The notes under the pieces were generated by a model. The model worked only from the letters and a program-made list of their open reading frames with translations, had not been told where the DNA came from and made no database searches. From a virus: DNA of 38,895 nt. The stretch lies in the UHGV virus genome UHGV-2195811. The stretch is one strand, 5' to 3'. Positions 14,993-23,487 of the stretch are shown piece by piece. Within the stretch, counting starts at the first letter, position 1, and each line of letters begins with the position of its first letter. The position numbers and the translations under genes are program-made.

Positions 14993-15409
14993 TTGATTCT
15001 ATTGTTAAAAGAAGTAGATTTTCGACAAACAAAAGCGAATGCTAGAAATGTGTTGAAGAGTTTTAGACGTTTAGAGCGAATAGCTGGTCGTTCTTTGATA
15101 GATTTAAAATCACCAATTATTACAGAGATGCCTAAAAGCCAAAGACACGGAAACAAAACAGAAGATGCACTGGTACAATTAGCTGATGCAGAAGCAGAAA
15201 GAGATGCAATTTTATCTGCACTTATGGCTTTGAGTTTGACTAGTAGACAAATTCTGCACTACAGTTTTTGTGTGCAGGATCATTACTCTAATTACAAGAT
15301 TGCTAGAGAAGTTGGATATTCTGAAAGAAGTATTCAACGTATGAAATCAGAAGCTTTAATTGAATTTGCTGAAGCGTATCGAAATGGAAAAATAATCGCC
15401 TATAGATAA
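14993..15409 (+). CDS. ArpU-family phage late-gene transcriptional activator
   Basis: TTG start with SD AAAGGAG. LERIAGRSLIDLKSP...LTSRQILHYSFCVQDHYSNYKIAREVGYSERSIQRMKSEALIEFA is the sigma-70 region-4-like C-terminus typical of ArpU/RinA-type regulators. Normally sits just upstream of terS. Confidence 0.75.
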   Translation: MILLLKEVDFRQTKANARNVLKSFRRLERIAGRSLIDLKSPIITEMPKSQRHGNKTEDALVQLADAEAERDAILSALMALSLTSRQILHYSFCVQDHYSNYKIAREVGYSERSIQRMKSEALIEFAEAYRNGKIIAYR

Positions 15410-15800
15410 AATTTTTGGCGGTTTTTTTGCGGAAAGTTGGCGGTTTTTATCAATATTTAGATGTTACTATGGTAGTGTCGAAAGATAAGGAAACGAGGTA
15501 AGGCATGCATTACCTATCTTAGCTCCGTTTCGCTTATCTTTTGAGGCTACCTACAAAAAAATAAAGAATAAGGATGTGGAAAGTCCAGTTCTTTTGGTCT
15601 CGTTTAGTCGTAGGTAGCCAAATATTGCAATAAACTTGGCATTAAGCTTACACGTAGACGTACGCTGAAAGCACTTGTCAAGATAGCGGTATGTAGTTTG
15701 CAAATGATCACTCACAAATCAGACGTTCTCAAACTAAAAGAAATGGGGTGTAATTCCTCTCTCTTTTTCTACAGATCTTTAATGGTACTTGATTGCTTGT

Positions 15801-15826
15801 GTAGGTTCTACTCCTGTCATGTAAAT
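15801..15826 (+). repeat. left direct repeat, tRNA 3'-end-like (T-arm + acceptor strand): GTAGGTTCTACTCCTGTCATGTAAAT
   Basis: 22/26 identical to 17714..17739. Resembles ACAGGTTCGAGTCCTGTATGGTCC of the tRNA at 2935. Confidence 0.45.
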
Positions 15827-15980
15827 CACAGCGATCATTGCTATAGGTAGCTTAATAATCATTCGCCGGTAAATACCTAGTTTACAGCTTGTGGACGGGG
15901 TGTAAAGAAAATCAAGCCATAGTCAAATCTTCATCGGCTGTGGCGTTTATTATTTCATAAACGGAAATAGAATGAAATCT

Positions 15981-16009
15981 TTCAAGATTTACTTAAGGTA
16001 TGATATAAT
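15981..16009 (+). promoter_or_regulatory. extended -10 promoter (TTCAAG-N17-TGaTATAAT) for the cassette gene A
   Basis: TGATATAAT read directly, 32 nt upstream of ATG 16042. Confidence 0.45.
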
Positions 16010-16041
16010 TGCATAAAATCATTTAGAAGGCTGTGTTTTAC

Positions 16042-16851
16042 ATGAAAAAAACTTCTTTAGGCAAATTGATATTGAATATAATTGTCATGATAGCTTTCGT
16101 CGTTTCTCTGTGTACACTAGTTCCAAGCTTTTTTGATAGGGAGCAGAAGGAAAACATCTTTAAATTAACTACTACTTTGATTAGCTTGCTAAGCGGCTTT
16201 ATCCTTTATATTTATAATAATTCAAATACCATGTTTTTTTGGGTTAATAAATTTAGGACGTATTTTTCCTTTAAAACCGTTCGTTGGGAAATGAGTTACA
16301 GAACTCCTGGGCTTTCAATTGAGAATACTAATAAGTTAAAAGAAGAGTTATACCGAATATTAAAAAGTAAAAGTATTCAAATTTTGAAGGATAACAAAAA
16401 AGAAGAGTCTAGAGTTATTAAATTTAAGAATGACAGAGGAATAGAAGCAGAGTTTGATTTGAGATGGAATGAATATGTAGATGACAGATTTTCAATGACT
16501 ATTATATTTAAATCACAAACTTCACATAGAGATGTACGTAAACAATGGTCTTTTTACAGAAATATAATAGAAGAAACTCTTAAGGTGATTTCGGAAGAAT
16601 CGAATTACGATAAAAAACCGTATGAGGAAAAATCCTACTATACGGTATCTTTAAATATGGAAAAAAATCCTTTTTACCTACTAACAATTAAAACTTACGA
16701 TAAACCTAAAGATATAAAATTCGATCTATCTTTTAAAATAGATGGAGTCAATTTCAAGACTACTAACAAAAAAATTGTACTTACAACAAAAGATATAACA
16801 AAAGTTGATACAGTTTTAAAGGATTATGTTATGTTAGGGAAAGTCAGCTGA
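16042..16851 (+). CDS. cassette gene A: membrane protein, 2 N-terminal TM helices + ~200-aa soluble domain, no recognisable family
   Basis: ATG 16042 (track start 16033 is GTG) with AGAAGG upstream. TM1 LILNIIVMIAFVVSLCTLVPSFF, TM2 LTTTLISLLSGFILYIY. Lys/Asn-rich C-terminal domain. AT-rich codon usage. Confidence 0.6.
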   Translation: MKKTSLGKLILNIIVMIAFVVSLCTLVPSFFDREQKENIFKLTTTLISLLSGFILYIYNNSNTMFFWVNKFRTYFSFKTVRWEMSYRTPGLSIENTNKLKEELYRILKSKSIQILKDNKKEESRVIKFKNDRGIEAEFDLRWNEYVDDRFSMTIIFKSQTSHRDVRKQWSFYRNIIEETLKVISEESNYDKKPYEEKSYYTVSLNMEKNPFYLLTIKTYDKPKDIKFDLSFKIDGVNFKTTNKKIVLTTKDITKVDTVLKDYVMLGKVS

Positions 16852-17515
16852 TTATTTTGATAATAGCTCGTGCTGCGTTCAAAAAAGGATTCTCATTATC
16901 AATATCATTTAGAGAACTATACATTAATAGTGCCCCAGCCTTAGTAAATCCAATAGTTCGTTCTTTCTGTAAAATATCCATTTTACCTATTAGGAAAGTA
17001 GCAGTGTCATCAGTCAATGCTTCCCCAGCTTCTTGATTTGCCTCTACATTATCGCCAGTGAAGCGTTTTTTCTGAACACCTTCTTCTTCCGTGGTAAAGG
17101 CAATCCCTCTTGTTGAATTTAACTTAGTTTGGATTGTTTTGAAATCAAAAATAAAATTGCTAAGTTTAACTTTAGAGGGCTCTGTCTCTTCTAGTGTTTT
17201 GAAGAAGTTACGAGATATCGCTGATGGTGCTGTGGAATATAAGACTTTGTCTGTGGTGTCATAAAAAACTTTAAAAACTTCTGAACGCTTATACTCATTA
17301 ATAGCTTGTAATTCAGCGTCATCGTTAAGTACAAAGATACTTTCGTTTATAGTTTCCATAAATGTAGCATTGAATACTTTAAATATTCTTGATTCTACAG
17401 TCAAAGTTTTTGGGCTGTCAGGAGCGATAGTACCTAGTACGTTGTTGTCATCTGAAAGTGATATTGGCTGACTAATATCAAATTTTTGAACTCTTTTCAA
17501 TGTTAATGATTGCAT
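16844..17515 (-). CDS. cassette gene B: soluble 223-aa protein, no recognisable family
   Basis: Strong SD ATTAGGAGGA 7 nt before ATG. Minus-strand promoter TTTACT-N17-TATAAT. Its stop overlaps the gene A stop by 8 nt (convergent). Confidence 0.6.
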   Translation of the reverse strand: MQSLTLKRVQKFDISQPISLSDDNNVLGTIAPDSPKTLTVESRIFKVFNATFMETINESIFVLNDDAELQAINEYKRSEVFKVFYDTTDKVLYSTAPSAISRNFFKTLEETEPSKVKLSNFIFDFKTIQTKLNSTRGIAFTTEEEGVQKKRFTGDNVEANQEAGEALTDDTATFLIGKMDILQKERTIGFTKAGALLMYSSLNDIDNENPFLNAARAIIKIIS

Positions 17516-17619
17516 AAGATTCCTCCTAATTATATTTAATAATTACATTATATAATTAGGAAGATTAATAGTAAATAATTTATTTCGATATTGTTTTATT
17601 TATATGAGTTGAATTTTTA

Positions 17620-17644
17620 GTCATCGCTTATGCGGTGACTTTTT
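17620..17644 (+). terminator. plus-strand rho-independent terminator (GTCATCGC-ttat-GCGGTGAC-TTTTT)
   Basis: Would terminate gene-A read-through only after it has run antisense across all of gene B. Confidence 0.5.
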
Positions 17645-17667
17645 ATAATGAAGAATTTTTTGTTTTT

Positions 17668-17739
17668 TAATATCGTTGTATAGCTCAATTGATGAGAGTT
17701 TAATTAAGTATATGCAGGTTCGACTCCTGTCATGTCAAT
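17668..17739 (+). pseudogene. tRNA-like remnant (D-arm + T-arm + 3' acceptor strand, no anticodon arm); contains the right direct repeat 17714..17739
   Basis: TAGCTCAATTGATGAGAG (D-arm-like) ... GCAGGTTCGACTCCTGTCATGTCA. No complementary 5' acceptor strand, so not a functional tRNA. Confidence 0.4.
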
Positions 17740-18102
17740 AAGCAACTTTTGCTGCTTAAATAAAAATCGTCAATAAATGTTTCTTACTTTAATGATCGGT
17801 TCACCTCCTTTCAGAATTAGCCAGCCTGCGGAAACAGGATAAAGTGGCTAGTAACCTAGTATTGTTAAATAAGTGTTAGATTGGCTAGGCAGTCTAATAT
17901 AAATCTTTAGACTACTCAATAAAAATGAGTGGTCTTTTTTTGTACATAAAAAAGCCACTAGACTATGGGATCTAGTGGCTAGGTAGCATTCGTGCACAAT
18001 TTTTGTTGATTACTATTTACAAAAAGGAGTTGCTACCCATAAATAGTATAGCAAGAAGTGATTTATTGAATCAAGTACATAAAACAACTAGGAGAGAAAA
18101 AT

Positions 18103-18336
18103 ATGAAAAGCTATTGGTACGTATCGCTAACACATAAATATCCACAGCCGAACCGCTCAGCCGATGCAGCACGTGTCGTAATGTCTGTGCAGATAAAAAA
18201 GAATGCTTCAATTGTTGAAATGACAAGAGAAGCCACACCAAAGGAAATTGACGCGTGCAAGCTTGTCTATTGTGGGCATGGCTATTTTGATGAAAAGAAC
18301 ATTCAAGACAACATTAAGCGAAACATGAGGGATTAG
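18103..18336 (+). CDS. hypothetical protein (77 aa)
   Basis: SD AGGAGAG. Stop 2 nt before the ParB-methylase start. Confidence 0.5.
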   Translation: MKSYWYVSLTHKYPQPNRSADAARVVMSVQIKKNASIVEMTREATPKEIDACKLVYCGHGYFDEKNIQDNIKRNMRD

Positions 18337-18338
18337 AT

Positions 18339-19535
18339 ATGAATATTGAAAAGATGAAGTTATCAGAACTACGCCCTGCTGAATATAATCCAAGGGTTGA
18401 ATTAAAGCCAGGAATGGAAGAATACGAGAAGCTTAAACAATCCATTTTGGAATTTGGCTTTGTTGATCCACCAATTTTTAATAAAAGAACAGGAAATTTA
18501 GTTGGTGGCCATCAACGTGTATCGGTAGCAAAAGATTTAGGAATTGGCGAAATTGAAGTATCTATCGTAGATTTACCTATCGAAAAAGAAAAAGCTTTAA
18601 ACATAGCTTTAAATAAAATTTCTGGCCAGTGGGATGAAGATAAATTAGCTTTGCTATTAAATGAATTAGATGAAAACGAACTTAATATATCAGGGTTTAC
18701 TGATAAAGAAATCCAAGAGGTTATTGATCAGTATGATATGCGGCTAGATTTGGAAACAGAAGCAATAGATGATGGATTTGAATTTGAGTTACCTGAAAAA
18801 TCCAAAGCAGCTTTAGGCGATATTTATCAATTGGGAAGACATCGATTAATGTGTGGAGATAGCACCAATAAAGCACATATAGAGTTATTGATGGATGGAG
18901 AAAAAGCGGATTTATTAATCACTGATCCACCGTATAACGTAAATTACGAAGGAAAAACAGAAGCAGCATTAAAAATTAAGAACGATAATAAAACAGCCAG
19001 TGAATTTTATGATTTTTTAAGAAGTGCATTCAGTTCAGCTTATGATAATTTAAAAGAAGGTGCTTCTTTTTATGTTTGGTATGCATCATCTGAAGTAATT
19101 AATTTTGTTAATTCGTTGGTAGATTCTCAATTTATGGTGAAACAAGAACTTATTTGGTTAAAAAATTCTTTTGTTCTCGGGAGACAAGATTATCATTGGC
19201 AACATGAACCTTGTTTGTACGGATGGAAAAAAGATGGAAGTCATCGTTGGTATGGAGATAGAAAACAAACTACTGTCCTTGATTTTGATAAGCCAATAGC
19301 TAATAAAGAGCATCCAACTATGAAGCCTATTCCTTTATTCGATTATCAAATTAAAAATAGCTCAAAAAAAGGAGATAAGATACTAGATATATTTGGAGGA
19401 AGTGGTACAACGATGATTGCATGTGAACAAAATGACAGGCAAGCTTATTTGATGGAATTAGACCCAAAATATGTCGATGTAATCATTAATCGTTGGGAAG
19501 AGTTTACAGGTAAAGAAGCTATAAAACTGAATTAA
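18339..19535 (+). CDS. ParB/Srx N-terminal domain fused to N6/N4 DNA methyltransferase
   Basis: N-terminus LRPAEYNPR...GGHQRVSVAKDLG (ParB-like). C-terminus LITDPPYNVNYEG (motif IV DPPY) and ...FGGSGTTMIACEQ (motif I). Confidence 0.8.
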   Translation: MNIEKMKLSELRPAEYNPRVELKPGMEEYEKLKQSILEFGFVDPPIFNKRTGNLVGGHQRVSVAKDLGIGEIEVSIVDLPIEKEKALNIALNKISGQWDEDKLALLLNELDENELNISGFTDKEIQEVIDQYDMRLDLETEAIDDGFEFELPEKSKAALGDIYQLGRHRLMCGDSTNKAHIELLMDGEKADLLITDPPYNVNYEGKTEAALKIKNDNKTASEFYDFLRSAFSSAYDNLKEGASFYVWYASSEVINFVNSLVDSQFMVKQELIWLKNSFVLGRQDYHWQHEPCLYGWKKDGSHRWYGDRKQTTVLDFDKPIANKEHPTMKPIPLFDYQIKNSSKKGDKILDIFGGSGTTMIACEQNDRQAYLMELDPKYVDVIINRWEEFTGKEAIKLN

Positions 19536-19592
19536 ATAAAAAGAAGCCGAGTGCGCTAACACTCGACTACTTCAACGAGATACGAATACCCC

Positions 19593-19644
19593 GAAGACAC
19601 AGAGAATTCCCACGCGTGGATTTTCGACACCCTCTGTGTCTTTT
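19593..19644 (+). terminator. long-stem terminator (GAAGACACAGAG ... CTCTGTGTCTT + TTTT), loop containing perfect palindrome CCACGCGTGG
   Basis: 11/12-bp stem with T-run. Preceded by a second hairpin CGAGTG-cgctaa-CACTCG. Confidence 0.55.
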
Positions 19645-19675
19645 AGCATTTTATCAAATGCGGGGTGTTTTAACA

Positions 19676-19888
19676 ATGGGAACAAAAGCAGAACATGAAG
19701 AAATTGATATTTTAGATTTAGAATTGGAAAAAGAATTTGAAGATGCCGAAGATTATGAGCAATATAGAAAAATCATACGTGCAACGATGGCTCAATGGTT
19801 AAAAAATCTTAAAAACGGTGAAATTAAATTAACTTCAGTAAATGACTTAAAGATACTTATTGAAGCTGATAAAATACTTAGAAGTTAG
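19676..19888 (+). CDS. hypothetical acidic protein (70 aa)
   Basis: Internal ATG of track ORF 19616..19888. The track start lies inside the terminator. Confidence 0.4.
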   Translation: MGTKAEHEEIDILDLELEKEFEDAEDYEQYRKIIRATMAQWLKNLKNGEIKLTSVNDLKILIEADKILRS

Positions 19889-19902
19889 AGGAGGTGCGGT
19901 CA

Positions 19903-20622
19903 ATGACAAGAAATGAAAAAGAACCATCAAATAAAACAAAAGAAAGATATGACTTGTTTGTTGACTGTTATCTGCAAACTTTTAATGCAACGCAATCAGC
20001 AATCAAAGTTGGATATTCGGAAAAAACTGCTCGTCAACAAGGTCATAAGTTATTGACAAATGCTTACATTAAGCAAAAAATTCAATTTGAAATGAAAAGA
20101 CTACGCAATCGCATGAGAGACGAAGGGTTGCGTAGTTTTTCTATGCTTTTAGATATAGCAATGCAGACTGAGGAAAAAATACAAGCTCATAATGAAGCAG
20201 AGATAGAAATTGATAGAATAAAATCCGAACTCAGCGATTTAGAGCTAGAAATGCTTAAAGCTAATAATGATTTAGAAAAAGTACAAAAAGCTGCAGATGC
20301 CATTGATGGTCGAAAAAAAGAAATGAGAAATCATAAAAGAAGTCTTTTGGAACAAGTTGATTCTATAAAGAAAGAATACTTTGAATTAAACCTTAAAAGA
20401 GTTGTACTATTAAATGAATTGTCAAAACATCAATCTCGTTATCTTGATGCTAAAGAATGGGAAAAGTTGCAAAATTTAAAAAAATCTATTTTCCAAGATA
20501 TTTTGGATCGAGGCGGTTTTAAAGCAATTGACCAGATACAGCATAGTGGAAAAGTGGATGTTAATCCATTTGCTAACTTATCTGAAGAAGAATTAAGAAG
20601 GTTAGCTGAAAATGATGGATAG
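19903..20622 (+). CDS. terS: terminase small subunit
   Basis: N-terminal HTH-like YLQTFNATQSAIKVGYSEKTARQQGHKLLTN typical of the Terminase_2 family, then a coiled-coil. SD GGAGGTG before ATG 19903. Confidence 0.75.
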   Translation: MTRNEKEPSNKTKERYDLFVDCYLQTFNATQSAIKVGYSEKTARQQGHKLLTNAYIKQKIQFEMKRLRNRMRDEGLRSFSMLLDIAMQTEEKIQAHNEAEIEIDRIKSELSDLELEMLKANNDLEKVQKAADAIDGRKKEMRNHKRSLLEQVDSIKKEYFELNLKRVVLLNELSKHQSRYLDAKEWEKLQNLKKSIFQDILDRGGFKAIDQIQHSGKVDVNPFANLSEEELRRLAENDG

Positions 20623-22003
20623 AATTGTTTTAGGTGCAAAGTTAGAATTATCCCGTCGTTATTTTTGGGACTATTGCAAATTAACGGCATCTGACTTTTA
20701 CAAACAAGATAGAGTGTACTTAAAAGAATTATGCGATGATTTACAAGAATTCATTTATGATAGTGACGATGACGTTCTAGTTATCAATGAACCACCTAGA
20801 CATGGAAAATCAAGAACTGCTGGTAAATTCGTAGAATGGTTATTAGGAAATGACAATCAAAAAAAGATAATGACGGGTTCGTATAACGAAACATTATCTA
20901 CAACATTTTCCAAAGGTGTGAGGAATGCTATTCAGGAAATTAAAGCTGATGAAGGCAGGATAGTATTTTCAGATGTATTCCCTGGTGTAGAAATAAAATC
21001 AGGTGATGGCGCTATGAATTTGTGGAGCTTGAATGGTGGGTACAATAATTATCTAGCGACATCTCCAACAGGAACAGCTACAGGTTTTGGTGCAGACATC
21101 ATCATCATTGATGATTTAATTAAAAATGCCGAAGAAGCAAATAATGCTATGGTTTTAGAGAAGCACTGGGATTGGTTTACCAATACTATGCTTTCTCGTT
21201 TAGAAACAGGCGGTAAAATTATAATCATCATGACTAGGTGGCATTCTAATGATTTAGCAGGAAAAGCTTTAAAGGAGTTACCTCAATCTGGTTATAAAGT
21301 AAAGCATATTAGCATGAAAGCATATAACGAAGAAACAGACACCATGCTTTGTGAGTCTGTCCTTTCTAAAGAAGAATATTTCCGTAAAAAGAAAACGATG
21401 GGTGCAGATATTGCTTCTGCTAACTATCAACAAGAACCGATTGATTTAAAAGGTCGTTTGTACCAAAAATTTTCAACATATGAAACACGCTCTAATTACA
21501 TTAAAATATGGAATTATACCGATACAGCAGACACTGGTGCTGATAATCTTTGTTCAATTGTTTTTGGTGAGACAGAAGATCATAAAGCAGAAGTATTGGA
21601 TGTTCTATTTACAAAAGAACCAATGGAACAAACGGAAACAGCACACGCTGAACAAATTAAAAATAACCAAGTAAACCATGTCCGCATTGAGTCTAACTCT
21701 GGTGGGCGTGGTTTTTCTCGTAATTCAGAAAGAATTGTTAAAGAACGAGGATATCGTGGTGCTTATTACGAGCCGTTTCATCAATCGGCAAATAAACAAT
21801 CACGTATTCTTTCTAATTCGGCACTTGTAGAAAATAATGTGTATTTCCCATCAGATTGGAAAATAAGATGGCCAGAATTTTATGAAGCTATGACGACCTA
21901 TCAAAGGGAAGGTAAAAACAAACACGATGATGCACCAGATGCTGTAACAGGCATTGTAGAAACATTAGCAAATGATAACCAAGTCAGATTTATCCAATAT
22001 TAG
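20612..22003 (+). CDS. terL: terminase large subunit
   Basis: 463 aa. P-loop-like NEPPRHGKSRTAG, Walker B IIIIDDLIK, C-terminal RNaseH-like nuclease region. Overlaps terS. Confidence 0.9.
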   Translation: MMDRIVLGAKLELSRRYFWDYCKLTASDFYKQDRVYLKELCDDLQEFIYDSDDDVLVINEPPRHGKSRTAGKFVEWLLGNDNQKKIMTGSYNETLSTTFSKGVRNAIQEIKADEGRIVFSDVFPGVEIKSGDGAMNLWSLNGGYNNYLATSPTGTATGFGADIIIIDDLIKNAEEANNAMVLEKHWDWFTNTMLSRLETGGKIIIIMTRWHSNDLAGKALKELPQSGYKVKHISMKAYNEETDTMLCESVLSKEEYFRKKKTMGADIASANYQQEPIDLKGRLYQKFSTYETRSNYIKIWNYTDTADTGADNLCSIVFGETEDHKAEVLDVLFTKEPMEQTETAHAEQIKNNQVNHVRIESNSGGRGFSRNSERIVKERGYRGAYYEPFHQSANKQSRILSNSALVENNVYFPSDWKIRWPEFYEAMTTYQREGKNKHDDAPDAVTGIVETLANDNQVRFIQY

Positions 22004-22008
22004 GAGGT

Positions 22009-23487
22009 GTGAAAATGTTTCAAAACAATTTAAGTTTGAAGCGGTATAAAAGATTACGAACAAAATATTCTACACAAATTAATGAAGAAGTTTTCGATCC
22101 TAATGATTTTATTACTGAAATGAAGCCATTTTTTGATGATAGAGAGCGCAAATACAAAGCTTATACAAGCGAACAAAATGAGATCGATAGAAGACTTAAA
22201 CCAAACACAAAGATTATAAAAGTGAATAATAAACTTCATGCTGGTTTATACAATACTATTGTCGATCAAGCAGCGGACCATTTCACAGGTATTCCAATTA
22301 AGTGGGATTACGATATTACAGAGCAGAGACGCTCAATTATGCAACGTGCTAAAGATTTATTTTTGAATAATACATTAAAAAACACCAAAACACCAAAAGA
22401 GTTCGAACGGCTGACAGAGTTAGTGAATGATATGCGGTTTGCCATGCTTGATTCTGACACAGCTCGGTTTCAAGGAGCTTGTGGTGTTGCTTTTCGTTTG
22501 TTAGAACCTGTTAAAACCAAGGATGGTTGGCAATTATGGGCGAGCAATATTGAACCATGGAAAGCTGAAAAATACGAAAATGCAGATATCTTTATTCGTG
22601 AAAAATACGACACACATCAAAAAAAATTTTTTGAAGAAATGAAAGTCATTACTAAAGAAAGAATACGCATATATAGCAGATACATTGAATTTAATTTAGT
22701 CAGTGTATCTGGAACATTTAAATTGATCGAGGAAGTAGAAAATCCACTAGAAACGTTCTACCTATCAGAATTTAAAAACAATACGAATCGTTATTGCGAT
22801 TTTGAAGTGGCGGAAGAACTTTCTGATGCATTTGATAGAAGCTTATCAGACCAACAAAACGAAGTTGAACAGTTTAAACTTGCTTACATGGCCATTAGCG
22901 GCTCAATATTAGATGAAGAAAAAGCACAAAGAATGATGGATCAATTAGGTATCCTTAACTTACCAGATCCACAAGCTAAGGTTGGGTATGTAACGAAAGA
23001 TATTAATAAAGATTTCAACGAGTATCATCTAAACCAGCTAAAAAAAATGTTCTATACAATCACAAAATCAATTGATTTTAATGATGAGGTATTTAAATCA
23101 AACGCTTCTGGTGAAGCTCGTAAATGGCAAATTATTGCCTTAGAAGCAAAAACAAATACAAAAGAGCAGTATTTCAGGGAAGGTTTAAAAGAAGTCGCTG
23201 AAACGATGGCAGCTTTCATTAAATTTAACGATAAGCTTGATTTAGATGTGTCTAAAATTGTGTTTACATTCAGTCGCAGTTTGCCAACAGATATTGGCTA
23301 TCTTGCTGATGCATTGCCAAAACTTTCGCCGTTTCTATCTAAACGAACAATTATTAATCAGATTCCATTTGCTAAAGACCCAGATTATGAAATGGACTTG
23401 ATGAATTTAGAACAAGGTCAAGATTATCCTAGTGGTGACTACAAACTAGGTGGTGCGGATAATGACGAAGAAGAAAGCAACAGTTAG
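22009..23487 (+). CDS. portal protein
   Basis: 492 aa, immediately after terL. Acidic C-terminus. Confidence 0.8.
   Translation: MKMFQNNLSLKRYKRLRTKYSTQINEEVFDPNDFITEMKPFFDDRERKYKAYTSEQNEIDRRLKPNTKIIKVNNKLHAGLYNTIVDQAADHFTGIPIKWDYDITEQRRSIMQRAKDLFLNNTLKNTKTPKEFERLTELVNDMRFAMLDSDTARFQGACGVAFRLLEPVKTKDGWQLWASNIEPWKAEKYENADIFIREKYDTHQKKFFEEMKVITKERIRIYSRYIEFNLVSVSGTFKLIEEVENPLETFYLSEFKNNTNRYCDFEVAEELSDAFDRSLSDQQNEVEQFKLAYMAISGSILDEEKAQRMMDQLGILNLPDPQAKVGYVTKDINKDFNEYHLNQLKKMFYTITKSIDFNDEVFKSNASGEARKWQIIALEAKTNTKEQYFREGLKEVAETMAAFIKFNDKLDLDVSKIVFTFSRSLPTDIGYLADALPKLSPFLSKRTIINQIPFAKDPDYEMDLMNLEQGQDYPSGDYKLGGADNDEEESNS

Noticed and set aside
15410-16851. Retron (structured ncRNA with nested inverted repeats followed by an ORF)
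   Set aside because: The downstream ORF is a 2-TM membrane protein with no reverse-transcriptase motifs (no YxDD), and no RT-like gene is nearby.
17668-17739. Second functional tRNA gene
   Set aside because: D-arm-like and T-arm-like segments are present, but there is no anticodon stem and no 5' acceptor strand complementary to CATGTCA. I call it a pseudogene or att remnant only.
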